DNA of 64,000 nt, from NCBI RefSeq assembly GCF_037042905.1, contig NC_087245.1, positions 42,410,001 through 42,474,000 of the forward strand, written 5' to 3'. The notes under the pieces were generated by a model that saw only the letters and a program-made list of their open reading frames with translations, was not told the origin of the DNA and searched no databases. The position numbers and the translations under genes were made by a program. This DNA is from Lytechinus pictus (taxonomy: Eukaryota). Positions 41,744-53,710 of the stretch are shown here, in pieces (position 1 is the stretch's first letter; every line of letters begins with the position of its first letter).

Positions 41744-42083
41744 TTTTTTCGGCATCACCAATTTTTCCAAAAAGGGTAGATAGCTCTGGGGAACCTTGAT
41801 TTAAGCTACGCCTACCATTGTTCTCTTCATCCATTTCTTTCACACAATATTTAAATATAAAAGAGTTGCCAAAGCTGTAGTACATGTATAACTTCACACA
41901 TTTGTATACTTTCTCCCATACGTGTACTGTATCAAAGCAATAGCTTTGATCCAGCTGAGGCATGGCGGCTTGTCATTGTTCAAAACCCACCTTCACCCGA
42001 CAAAGGAAATTATAATTGGTATGGTGTCGAAAATCTGTCTATCTGACGGTCAATTGGATCGGGGTCGCCCTAGCCACTAACCC

Positions 42084-42155
42084 GTCTCTGTGGTCTAGTG
42101 GTTAAGGCACCGGCGTTCAAAGCTGGGGGCCCGGGTTCGATTCCCGGCGGAGACA
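42084..42155 (+). tRNA. tRNA-like gene, anticodon UCA, copy C
   Basis: Identical to copy B, 412 bp downstream. Confidence 0.72.
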
Positions 42156-42495
42156 TTTTTTCGGCATCACCAATTTTTCCAAAAAGGGTAGATAGCTCTG
42201 GGGAACCTTGATTTAAGCTACGCCTACCATTGTTCTCTTCATCCATTTCTTTCACACAATATTTAAATATAAAAGAGTTGCCAAAGCTGTAGTACATGTA
42301 TAACTTCACACATTTGTATACTTTCTCCCATACGTGTACTGTATCAAAGCAATAGCTTTGATCCAGCTGAGGCATGGCGGCTTGTCATTGTTCAAAACCC
42401 ACCTTCACCCGACAAAGGAAATTATAATTGGTATGGTGTCGAAAATCTGTCTATCTGACGGTCAATTGGATCGGGGTCGCCCTAGCCACTAACCC

Positions 42496-42567
42496 GTCTC
42501 TGTGGTCTAGTGGTTAAGGCACCGGCGTTCAAAGCTGGGGGCCCGGGTTCGATTCCCGGCGGAGACA
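42496..42567 (+). tRNA. tRNA-like gene, anticodon UCA, copy D
   Basis: Identical to copy B, 824 bp downstream. Confidence 0.72.
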
Positions 42568-42737
42568 TTTTTTCGGCATCACCAATTTTTCCAAGAAGGG
42601 TAGATAGCTCTGGGGAACCTTGATTTAAGCTACACCTACCATTGTTCTCTTCATCCATTTCTTTCACACAATATTTAAATATAAAAGAGTTGCCAAAGCT
42701 GTAGTACATGTATAACTTCACACATATATATATACAC

Positions 42738-42769
<32 letters not shown>

Positions 42770-43176
42770 ATATATAGGTAAACATATATATTTATTTTAA
42801 AAGAAATCGATCTTGTTGACACAAATGCTCGCTCAGAATAAGTCAATACTTTCCTCATCGAAAATGTGTCAAGCAAACAAAGCATGCAAAAACAATTCAT
42901 CAATATAGAGTAAAAACAAACAAAATAGAAAAACTGTCGATATTCCTCTATTTTGGGGCAAGCTCTATTTATTTTTACAGGGGGTAGATGGATTGCACAC
43001 CCCGCAAACCTCTAGTTTGTACAGTCCTGTACTTCCCTTTTCATTTCTTCGATTTTTAGTTTTCTTTAAATATTTATCGATTGTACGTCATAAAAACTTG
43101 CCCTTACAGTGAGATGTTCATTTGACCGACATCAAGAATTAAAACAGAGACCTGTTGGGAATCAACGTAATTTAAA

Positions 43177-43303
43177 ATGGCTGCCAACGCAGCGACTGCG
43201 AACTCATTCATGGAGGAAAGAGAAAATCAACAACGCATGTATGACCTCATAAACTGCCTCCTAACCAACGTGTTGGACATGATGCCTTCGCTCGAACAAT
43301 TAG
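43177..43303 (+). CDS. Putative first coding exon of an unannotated gene
   Basis: Acceptor CTTACAG at 43109; Kozak-like AAAATGG; MAANAATANSFMEERENQQRMYDLINCLLTNVLDMMPSLEQL; donor TTAG|GTAGGT, phase 1. Confidence 0.6.
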
Positions 43304-43701
43304 GTAGGTTCGTTTGATATATTTTAGTTCACTCCTAATGGTATTCATTTTGATATTTAAACAAATAGTAAAGAATACTCAATCTCTTGGTAACAATAGA
43401 GTTACACGCAATAACTTTTAGTTGGTTTTGGTTTTATAATCGTCCGTTCTGACGCACCATGATGAATATAATACGATCCTTGTCGCCAGCTATGGTCACT
43501 TGACGGCGGATTGGCCTACCACTGATATGAATCTACGTTACATTTATATCTTCATTGTATATGGCCTAGCTAATAGTGATATTGAGATACTTTATTTCAC
43601 AAAGCAGTTATACGTATACACACATCCTTGGCCATATGCAAAACACGAAAGAAATGTTGAGTGAGGGGCATTATCGACTCTCTCATTGCGTGTCACTAAC
43701 C

Positions 43702-44409
43702 GCCCTTTCACACGGTAAAAATCGCATTGTGAATGATGATTCACGTGACAAATAAGGCTAATGGCGAATTTTGAGAACGTGTGAAATCAAACTAATAATA
43801 ATATAATAATATAGGGTATTTATATTGCGCACATATCCACCTTGTTAGGTGCTCAAGGCGCTCCTATATTACCCGGCTAAGCTAGGCGTTCATAGCGCAC
43901 ACAGCTTTTTAAGGAATTACTTCCTACCGGTACCCATTTACCTCACCTGGGTTGAGTGCAGCACATTGTGGATCAGTTTCTTGCCGAAGGAAATTACGCT
44001 ATGGCTGGGATTCGAACCCACGACCTAGAACTAGAACTAGAACATGATTAGAATCACGAACGCTAATCACAATCACGAATTCAAATTTTACTCCGGAGGT
44101 GAATTCCAGTTAAGTTTCACTCAAATTACGGTACGAATTTTACGTGTGAAAGGCTTAATTACTTCCAAAACATCTTTGGGGCGGAGCTTACGCGACCTTT
44201 CAAACACTTCCGTAGATATTGTCATGCACCATCGTAATTTGTATTTGCGATGCAGTGCTTTGATTGACAAGTCACCAAGGACACATACCGCTTTCGCTTG
44301 GGAATTCGAATTGTCAGTTTTTGAGTTAGCGTGTGAAAGGTCCGGGGATTCTAAATACGAATTGCAATCATCATTACAATGATGATTCAAGATTCACGTG
44401 TGAAAAGGC
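43702..44409. mobile_element. TIR element (Harbinger-like) containing a SINE
   Basis: TIRs gccctttcacacg / cgtgtgaaaaggc; SINE copy inside at 43793-44025 (-). Confidence 0.65.
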
Positions 44410-44844
44410 CCACTGTTGTGCATATATCCGTTTTGTGAAAAATAAACGAAACTTTAAAATATTATGGCTTTCTCATTTTACATCCGATTTCGATGAAAAT
44501 TTTAGTGTTATGTTTATTTTTCTTTATATGACAGCTAGATAGATAATTGTGATCTGATTGGTTGTTTGATATCATTCATTCGGGGACATCCCGATAGACC
44601 GCGGGTCCGATAGACCGCGGGTCCGTTAGACCGCGGGTCCGTTAGACCGCGGGTCCGATAGTCCGCGGGTCCGATAGACCGCGGGTCCGATAGTCCGCAG
44701 TGTGTGTAAAATTATGATCAGATATATCAAATGTCATCGAGAGGTCCAAAGGTCAAATGATACGAGGCCATGGGGTTCAATACGGGCGGATCCATGGGGG
44801 GGGGGGCCGAGGGGGAACTGCCTCAGCCCCCCCCACCCCCAGCT

Positions 44845-45725
44845 CAAAAAAGAGGGGGGAAGAGGGGAAAAGGGAGAAAATAAAAAAAGAAAGAGGAAGA
44901 TAGGAAAAGAAGAGAATAGAAAAGAGAGTACGAAGGAGAAAGGAAGAGAAGAAAAAGGGGAAAGGAAAGACAAAGAAAATGGGAGAAGAAAAGGGGAAAG
45001 AAGAGAAAAAGAGAGAGGAGGGAAAAGGAAGAGAAGAAAAGAAAGGAGAAAGGAAAAAGAGGAAACAGAAGGAAGAGAAGAATATTTAAATAGAGGAAGA
45101 TGGGAAGAAAGATTAAAAAAAAGAGAAAGAGGAAGAGGGGAAAAGAAGAGAAGAAAGCGAGAGAGAGGGGAAGGGGGAGGGAGAGAAGAAAAAAAAATTA
45201 AAAGAAAAAAAGGGGGAAAGGAAAGAAAAAGAAAAAGGGAAAAGTAAAGGGGGAAAGAGAGAAAAGAAAAGAACGGAGTGAGGAAAAGGGGGAAAAGAAG
45301 AAGAAAAGAAGAGGAAGGAAGAGAATAATATTTAAAGAGAGAGGAAGATGAGAATAGAGAAGAAAAAAAGAGAGAGTAAGGGGGGAGGAAGAGAAGAAAA
45401 ACGAGAAAAGAGAGAGGAAAAGAGGGAAAGAAAAGACAGAAAAAAGAGAAGAAAAGGGGAAAAGAAAAGATGGGGGGAAAAGAGAAGAAAAGGGGGAAAG
45501 GAAGACAAGAAATGAGAGAAGAAAAGGGGAAAATAAAGAGAAGAAAAAGAGAGAGAGAGGAGGAAAAGAAGAGAAGAAAAAAGGGGAGAGGAAGAGGGGG
45601 AAAGAAAAAGAAAGAGAGAAAGAAAGAGAAAGGAAGGAAGGGGAATGAGGATAAGAGAAAGAAAAAAAGAAAGATAAGAGAAAGAAAAAAAGAAAGAAAA
45701 GGAGATGGGAAACGGAAGAGGGAGA
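44845..45725 (+). repeat. ~880-bp polypurine (A/G) low-complexity tract
   Basis: Almost entirely A and G on the + strand; source of the K/R/E-rich and F/L/S-rich spurious ORFs. Confidence 0.95.
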
Positions 45726-46645
45726 TGTTGACCTGGACGTCGATTAGATGGCGCCAAAATGACGTTCGAACTATGGGGCGCCGAACTGATGTTGGAACTG
45801 GGAGGGGGGCGCCAAATTGATGTTCGAACTAGGGGAGCGCTAATTTGAATTTTGACCATATGGCGACAAATACATGTTTCAGAGAGGGGGAGGGAGGGCA
45901 AAGTTATATTTCACATGGGGGCGCCAAGTTTATGTTCAACCGAGGGCGACAAATTGTCCTTGAACTTAGGGGGCTTAATGCAAATTCATTTTCGACCGGG
46001 GGCGCAACATTGCTCGTATTGCCTGTTTATAGTGAAAAAATAATACAAAAACTTAAATTAATGCGGCTGAATTAAAATATCCCGTTTTTACGATAACAGA
46101 CAAAACCAATGTTTTCGATTTTTAAGTCTGTTTAGCGAGATAGATACCCTGTTCAGGGTCACAAAAAGGGTTATTATCAAATTCAGCTCGCGCTACGCGC
46201 TCGCAATATTTGATTAATGAGGTATGCATCCTCTGCATCAATCCTACATGTAAGTGTTAGTGTTTTTCAAGTCAACATACATAGGCCGATCCAGGGGACA
46301 AAGATTCCCCCCCCCCCAATGGTGGCGCAAAAAAGGGGTAAGAAACAGAAAAAAAGAGAAAAAGGACAATCAATTAGAATAGGAATTATACCTTAGTCTT
46401 TCTTAAGTCAGTATATAAAACAATTGAGCTCGCGCTTCGCGCTGGCATCAATAAATTGTTTAGTTATATACGCATCCCGACCTTACAGTTTTTTATGCGA
46501 ACGAGAAGCACAAGCTGAAAATATTTGATATTCCAACCTGACAACTGAAAATGTATTTTTCATTTCATCAAGTTTTCAGCTAGCGCTTCGCGGTCGCATT
46601 CATTTCTTAATAGATATGCATCGTGTTCATCATAACAACTACTAA

Positions 46646-48725
46646 CATAGGCGGATCCAGGCGGCCCGAGGGCAACCTCCCACCTATTGACAGAGCAAAT
46701 AAATTGGGAAAAACGGGGAAAGAAAAAAAAGGGGGAAGAAAGGAGAAAAAAAGAAGACGAAACATAAAAGGAGGAAGACGAGTGAATAAAATAAGGTCAG
46801 GAGAAGACTTGGAAAACAATTTTTGAAAATATTTAATGTCACTATATTAAAGTTTCGCTCGCGCATCGCGCTCGCATTGCCTGTTCGATGAAATACATAT
46901 CTTGCTCAATATGCTGATAACTTAAAATAACTTAAAATATCAAGTTTTGATATCAATATACAAAACATAATTCAGCTCGGACATCGATCTTTCATTATTT
47001 TGTTTTATTTACCAATTTATGTTTTTAAGTGCTCTGGAAAATGTCCGTTTTATGGTTTGAATCAACATTTACAGCATTTTGTGCGCTCGCACTATTTGCC
47101 AAGTAGGCCTACCTATTGTCTTTTTGTATTTCATATAAGATTCTCTAAATATACCTTTTCAGGTGTCTCGATTGTAAAAAAATAATAATAAAGGCCTATG
47201 AGCTAGCGCTGTGCGCTCGCATTTTGATTGATGAGTTATGTATACCTATATATTAATTCTATAACAAACTACTTAAATCCCCCCATTAAAAAATTCCGGA
47301 TCGCGATTTGCGCTCGCATTATTTGCTAAAAATATATAAACCAATGAATCCTATTCATGATTACAACAATACTTAAAATATCCAGTTTTCAGGCCTCTTG
47401 CACTGTCAACAAATTTCACACACTAGGCTTAACAGATTAATAAATATTAAATAAAATTTGTATGAATTCATAATAACTAAATTGTCCCTTTTTCAGAAAT
47501 AAATATCGACAAATTTTAGGAAAAGAAATAGAAGACAGTCATCATTCTTATATGATGACAAAATGTCCTTAGGCCTAAAATGTCTCGATCCTAGGTCAAA
47601 ATAATAATAAAATATCAGCTCGCGCCATTATTTATATAGTGCTATCAAATTTCACTATATACACAGTGCTGTAAACAGTGCTTAAATTGACCCTTTTCAT
47701 ATCGGAATTTCATATATTATTTTCAGCTCGGGCTCTGCGCTCGCATTATTGATTTTTATGATGAAAAATGAAATGTATTCAGATTGCAAGGATTCTGTCT
47801 AACTCTAAAACACGCGCACGCATGTTTTTTGAGATACAAAGCTTGATCTTATTCAAAACGTGCTAAAATCATCCAGTTTCGGATCAGAATATCAAAAATT
47901 TTCTGCTCGCGCTTTGCGCTCGCATTATTATTGTAGGAAGATACCAAAAATTACCCATACTTTTTCATGATTGACAAACATGAATCGAATGTCCCATAGG
48001 GGGATTCGAAATCTCATCTTTTTAGGTTGGAATATCAAAAATGTTCAGCTTGCGCTTCGCGCTCGCATTATTTAATCGTTGAAATATGTATCGTCTTAAT
48101 GGCTAACTACAAAACATCCTTAACAGGTCCCTTTTCGACCAGGTCAGAACAAATATTTAACATTTCTGCTCGCGCTTCGCGCTCGTGGTAATAATCTAGT
48201 TACATACGCGTCCTGTTCAGGTTCACAAACATTGCCCAAAATGTTCAATTTTCAGGACAAAATACATGAAATTTCATTTTTAGATTACATAGGGCTTAAG
48301 AGATTATTACACATTTATGTTGCTTATAAAGTAAAGCTAGGAAATGACTGTTAGGACATGGGCGTTTTGCCCACCCCCCCCCCCCAAAAAAAAGAGAGAG
48401 AATCAAGACTAAGAAAAAATAGAAAAGGAAATGGATTAGGATGAAATATAATATCATTTTCAAAATATTATGTCAAAATCTATCACAACCTTGTATTTTT
48501 GTAATAAAAATGTCGGCATATTTGCTTGCTCGCTTCGCTCACTGGCAACTTCTTATTAATTTTATGCGATACACCATATCGAGCCCCATCGAAATAGTTG
48601 GCTCATTACGGCACTGGGACAACCCCTTTAAAGAAAAAAAAAATCAACTTTGAGCTGCCGATCGGGGAAAATATGGGTGAAAAAATGGCCCCTCCCCCTA
48701 TTGGCGGAAGCTGGGTCCGCCCCTG
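46646..48725 (-). mobile_element. Inverted homolog of the 34745 hAT-like element
   Basis: CATAGGCGGATCCAG ... GCTGGGTCCGCCCCTG; repeated GCTCGCGCTTCGCGCTCGC motifs; colinear with 34745-36421. Confidence 0.8.
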
Positions 48726-49607
48726 ACTTAGGCTTTCAGGATATAATACATGAAAAATCTATTTTAAAAAATCAGACCGCGCTTCGCGTTCTCATTATTT
48801 ATTTAGGCCATGTGAGATACCTCAATGTGTTTTTAAGAATGAAATCTCAGATTTTCTTTAACGTCTACCCCCTCCCACTTCATTTATTTTGTTTAACTTG
48901 GTGCCGTCGCCACTCCCCCCCCCCCCCCCGTGCACCCATGCTGAATAAATACGCCACTGATGAGGAGAATTAGTCGATTGCTTCGAGATTGCATTATTCC
49001 CAAGAGGTTATCATTAATATTATTGAAGGGTATTCTAAATCAACAGTACAGAAACTACAGCTCCCGTTCACACAATATTCTAGTAGGGCCTACTCTGGTT
49101 AGAAGTTAAACCAAATTGAACCCCCCCCCCCCATCGCTCGTGCTTTGCGCTCCCATTGATATCACATTATATATTCATGGATTTTTTTTTCAAGAATACA
49201 CTGAGAAAAAGTGGTCTTTTTTAATTATTTTTTTTATTATAAGATAATTAAAAATCCATTTAAGGCACTTAAGTTAGCCTGGCCGGGAGGGAGTGGGCGC
49301 CATTTTTCGAAAAGTACACATGGGTGCCAAAAATCAGGTCAAATCCCCCCCCCCCTCCCTCCCCACGAAATCCTGGATCCGCGCCTGGGTTCTATAACAA
49401 TAACCCAATTAGGGCAATCACCCCCTGACAACTACTTCAAGGAAAATATTATCCCCATATTTTTACCGCCGGGGACTGTTACCCCCCCCCCCGGAAATTT
49501 TAACTCCAGACAATTACCCCGGATAATTACCCCTAGTAGGGAGCCTTGAAAATGCCATCAACGTGAAGACATGGCATGGTACTTTATCTTGCCATGTCTT
49601 AATTAAT

Positions 49608-49924
49608 CATTGGCGGCGGAAGGCAAAAAAATTTAGGGGGTCCACCTGAAATTTTGGGATGGACACAGGTAAAAGTTTTGACAAGCAAATCAACCAAAAT
49701 TTATAGGAGGGACCACCAAAAATTTTTGACAAGAAAAAAAAAGGTTGTCAACAAAAATTAGGGGGGGGGACAAAAAGATTTTAGGGGGGTCCACCTCAAT
49801 TTAGGGGGGACGTAGAAAACAAATTGACTAGCAAACAAAAGGTTCTCAACTAAAAATCTAGGGGGGGCCGTCCCCCACCTCAAATTTAGAGGGGAAAGAC
49901 CCCCCCCCGCTTCCACCGCCTAAG
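49608..49924. mobile_element. hAT-type MITE
   Basis: CATTGGCGGCGGAAG ... CTTCCACCGCCTAAG; 8-bp TSD TAATTAAT. Confidence 0.8.
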
Positions 49925-51006
49925 TAATTAATACGCTTATTATTTCGACATAGCGATATATTCTATCTTGTCAAGTCGATATGTCCACATGGCGAGATAT
50001 GAAGTGTACAAGTCCCGGCGAGAATCCCGATATATCGCCATGTTGACATGTAACTTATTTAAGTCGACTTGGCAAGATAAAATACCTCGCCTTGTTGACA
50101 TATAACTTTTTATAAGTGGACTGACTTGGCAGGATAACGTATCGCGCCATGCGGACATAATAAGCTTATTTAGTCGACAAGGCAAGATAAAGTATCTCGC
50201 CATGTCGTTAAGTCGATGACATTTTAGAGGCTCCGTATGGCGTCTAGAGGGTAAATTTCCGGGGGGGGGGGGGGGTAACAGTCCCTGACGATAAAAATAT
50301 GGGGATAATATTTTCCTTGAAGTAGATGTCAGGGGGCGATTGTCCTTTGGGTCATCGTTATAGAACCCCATGGACTCGTATCATTGGCATTTTGACCTCT
50401 TGATGACATTGGATCTCACTATGTCCTGATCATAATTTTACACACACCGCGGACTATCGGACCCGCGGTCTATCGGACCCGCGGACTATCGGACCCGCGG
50501 TCTATCGGACCCGCGGTCTATCGGACCCGCGGTCTATCGGACCCGCGGACTATCGGACCCGCGGTCTATCGGACCCGCGGTCTATCGGGCTGTAACCCAT
50601 TCATTCAGTCCATTTTGCAATAACGTCATCAACCGTTCATCGTGCAATTTTGGATCCATACGATGTTATATCCTACATAGAGTAAATCCTGTATAGTGAT
50701 TGGTTCAAGTAGCATCATGTGACCTAATATATTTCAACTATGATGTTGCGTGACGTCAGACCTCGATATATTTTTGGATATACCAATATTATGACGTCAT
50801 TATTTCACAAAACTGGATATCTCGGCGCACCGGTTTGCGCGCTCTCTCTCCCGGGCGCGCAAGTCCAGCGCGATGCGTCAGCGCAGACACTAATCTGCGT
50901 TCCGCTGAGCGCAGTGGCTCGGAGAAAAGTAGGTAATTCAACGCATGCAAGTAACAGGACTTTGCATGCTCAGCGCATAGATTATGGTTATAAATTATTA
51001 AAAGTA

Positions 51007-51463
51007 CAGGGGCGGATCCAGCTTTTTATAAAGGGGGGGGGTTGGGGTGGTATGCGAGGGAGCGTAGCGACCGAGTCCAAGCGAGCGGAGCGAGCGAGGG
51101 GGGAGGGTGTGGGAGGGGGGTGTCTCCCCTCCCACAGTAGGGAAAATTTTTGAAAATCTGTGTGTGAAAATGGCGTTTTCTTGCATCTAAAACACCACTC
51201 TTTTTGGTATAGGTCGTTGCCAAATTAACCCCCATGAAAATTTGTAAAATTAAGTTGCATTTTCCTGCAATGTAAGGCCAGTTAACAACACAGATACAAA
51301 GAATTGGGGACCTTGGAATAAGCACTGTTAGCCTAATACTTTTATTATGAACAGCTTGTCACTTCGGCGGTGGCCCGTGTCCTCAAAAAAGCTGATGGGG
51401 GGGGGGGGGGTAAGGGACTCTGTGACATTTGTTCGCCCAACCCCCCCCCCTCCCCCAAAAAGA

Positions 51464-51524
<61 letters not shown>

Positions 51525-51663
51525 GAAATAAATACATAGAAATAGAATAAAATAAAATTACAAGTTTAAAAAAAAAGAAAAGATTTAAAAAAATGGTCCC
51601 CGGATTTTTTTTTTGGGGGGGGGGGTTGCAACCCCCCCAACCCCCCCTCTAGATCCGCTTCTG
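51007..51663. mobile_element. GGCGGATCC-family non-autonomous TIR element
   Basis: CAGGGGCGGATCC ... AGATCCGCTTCTG; AAGTA duplicated on both sides; contains an (AAT)n microsatellite. Confidence 0.7.
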
Positions 51664-52294
51664 AAGTAGGATATAAAACAAATATATCAGGCGTTTCATT
51701 CGAAAGCATAGTGGGAATTATTAATCCTCGGTTGGACTGGCAAAACTACTATATTTCCCTCGGGGCTTCGCCCCTCGGGGAAAAATAGTAATTGCCAGAC
51801 CAACCTCAGATAAATAATTCCACTATACTTTCTCAAAGCCTGATATATTTGTTTATTGTCCATTGCACTCGCGCACCAAGACTGCAGCTCATGCACCAGC
51901 AGTGCGCGTGATGTAATGACGTAACAATCAACAGACTGAACTCGCACTGCATGAGCATGTTTTGCATCGAAATTCACGAATTTCATGTGAAAAAAAAAAC
52001 ATTTTTTAGGTGTCATATAAACCAAATAATGATTTTTTTTCATTCGTGCAATGGACAGAATACTTCATTCGGTGAAAGATGAAAAAAATGATCCATTCAA
52101 CTCGGCAACGCCTCGTTGAATGGATCATTTCATCTTTCACCTCATGAAGTATTCTTCCCATTGCACGAATGAAAAAAACATTCATTATTTGTATACTATT
52201 GATTCAAATCAACATTTTTCTAGGGTTGGACCTGACCCTTAATGTTAGATTAATGGTGGATTTTACATTTTGATTTTTCTTTGTAATCTTTCAG

Positions 52295-52409
52295 ATATGA
52301 AACCCGGAACGGTCCTTTCTTTCATTGACTGTCTACTCCTGGAGAAAGCAAAAATAGAGTCCCAAACGTGTATCTTCAGAAAGAAGATGAAAGTTACCAT
52401 CTTTGGTCC
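52295..52409 (+). CDS. Putative second coding exon of the unannotated gene (possible start of a P-loop NTPase domain)
   Basis: Long pyrimidine tract + TTTCAG acceptor, donor |GTAAGT; phase 1 entry fits exon 43177-43303; DMKPGTVLSFIDCLLLEKAKIESQTCIFRKKMKVTIFGP with no stop. Confidence 0.6.
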
Positions 52410-52441
52410 GTAAGTTGTCAACCTCCGTACTTCCCTATATA

Positions 52442-53261
52442 CAGTACGTCCCACAAAAAACGAAACCGAGATTTAGCGATGATTTATCATAACTTAATCA
52501 CAAATACAATAGACAAATGACCTACCATTGTAAAGCTTAGAATCTTCTCTTTCATCTGAAAGTACTTAGATTATTTCTCATTCACGCATGAGTGAGCAAA
52601 AACAATTTGAAGAGGGGATACCAAAAAGTCATTTGGCGGGCTGTATCTGGGTTTCAAAAAGAAAACCACATTTCTAAAAAGTTCAATATATGCTCTTTAA
52701 TTTGAAACCTCAATTACAGAAAATGGTCAAGAAATAAGAAAGTTCTGGTTATTTGAAATAAGGCTTGAATTTCAATAATTTCATAAAATGAAGAGGTTTT
52801 ACAGGCTAGCGTTCAAACTCACTCGACACTCCGTTTTGTTGACGATCAGCCATGCATGAAGTCTTTTGTTAACCATGCGATAGCTTCTGTGGGAAACCGG
52901 TGAAAACACGTTTATTTAATAAAATTATGGAAATACAAGCATTGTTTCGAGGGAACGTAACTTTTTTACTTCTTGACCATTTTTTGTGATTAAGGTATCA
53001 AATTAAAGAGCAGATATTAAACTTTTTAGGCATGTGATTTCCTTTTTAAAATTCAGATACCCCCCGCCAAACGAGTTTTTGGTATCCTTTCTTCAAATTG
53101 TTTTTGCTCACTCATGCGTGAATGAGGAATAATCTATGTAATATCAGATGAAAGAGGAGATTCTAAGCTTTACATTTGTAGGTCATTTGTCTATTTTATT
53201 TGTGATTAAGTAATGATAAATCATCGCTAAATCTCGATTTCGTTTTTTCTGGGACGCACTG
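52442..53261. mobile_element. Tc1/mariner-type MITE with long (~330 bp) TIRs
   Basis: TA|CAGTACGTCCCACAAAAAACGAAACCGAG ... CTCGATTTCGTTTTTTCTGGGACGCACTG|TA. Confidence 0.9.
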
Positions 53262-53344
53262 TATAAGTAGATGGAAATGGAATTGGAGTATGACCAGTCA
53301 CACTGAAGATCCCTACCTACTATATCCACTGACATGTTATCGGT

Positions 53345-53710
53345 CAGGCTCGAGTCGATCTCGTTGGTGTGACTGTTTACTTATTTTTATCTATTTATTT
53401 ATATATATATATATATTTAATTATTTATTACTTAAATCATTCATTTATTTCGTTTCATTTAAACAGACAGGGTTTCGAGTCGGTCTCGTTGGTGTGACTG
53501 TTTATTTATTTATTTACTCATTTATTTATTTATTTATTCATTCACTTATTTATTTATTTACTATTCAAATTATTCATTTATTTCGTTTCATTTATACAGA
53601 CAGGGTTTCGAGTCGGTCTCGATGGTGTGACTGTTTATTTTTTTAATTTTTTTTATTTATATATTTATTTATTATTCAAATTATTCATTTATTTCGTTTC
53701 ATTTATACAG
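53345..53710 (+). repeat. Three degenerate ~130-bp tandem copies at the 3' tail of an antisense retroelement
   Basis: tcgagtcggtctcgttggtgtgactgt-(TTTA)n-ttcgtttcatttatacag repeated three times, followed by an L2-like 3' end (...ccagggggcccta). Confidence 0.8.

Larger units (their letters stand above)
44782..49387. mobile_element. hAT-like element inserted in the left TIR of the foldback element
   Basis: ACGGGCGGATCC ... GGATCCGCGCCTG; duplicated target GGTTCAAT/GGTTCTAT (7/8); the foldback TIR resumes exactly after it. Confidence 0.75.
44582..50597. mobile_element. Foldback/Mutator-like element with 16-bp-repeat TIRs and a 9-bp TSD
   Basis: TSD CATTCATTC at 44573-44581 and 50598-50606. About 7 and 9 copies of CCGATAG(A/T)CCGCGGGT in inverted orientation. 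Left TIR (44582-44781 plus 49388 to ~49510) mirrors ~50240-50597. Confidence 0.9.
43590..52238. mobile_element. Kolobok-like MITE broken into three pieces by nested insertions
   Basis: Pieces at 43590-43698, 44411-44526 and 52196-52238 join into the right part of the 16102-type element, ending ...cctgaccc|TTAA. Confidence 0.75.

Noticed and set aside
41658..42739. Three repeated ORFs of 85-101 aa (MPQLDQSY...PPGIEPGPP...)
   Set aside because: Antisense translation of the tRNA-containing 412-bp repeat; GIEPG is the reverse-complement B box.
44702..45901. K/R/E-rich and F/L/S-rich ORFs of 116-189 aa
   Set aside because: Translations of a polypurine low-complexity tract.
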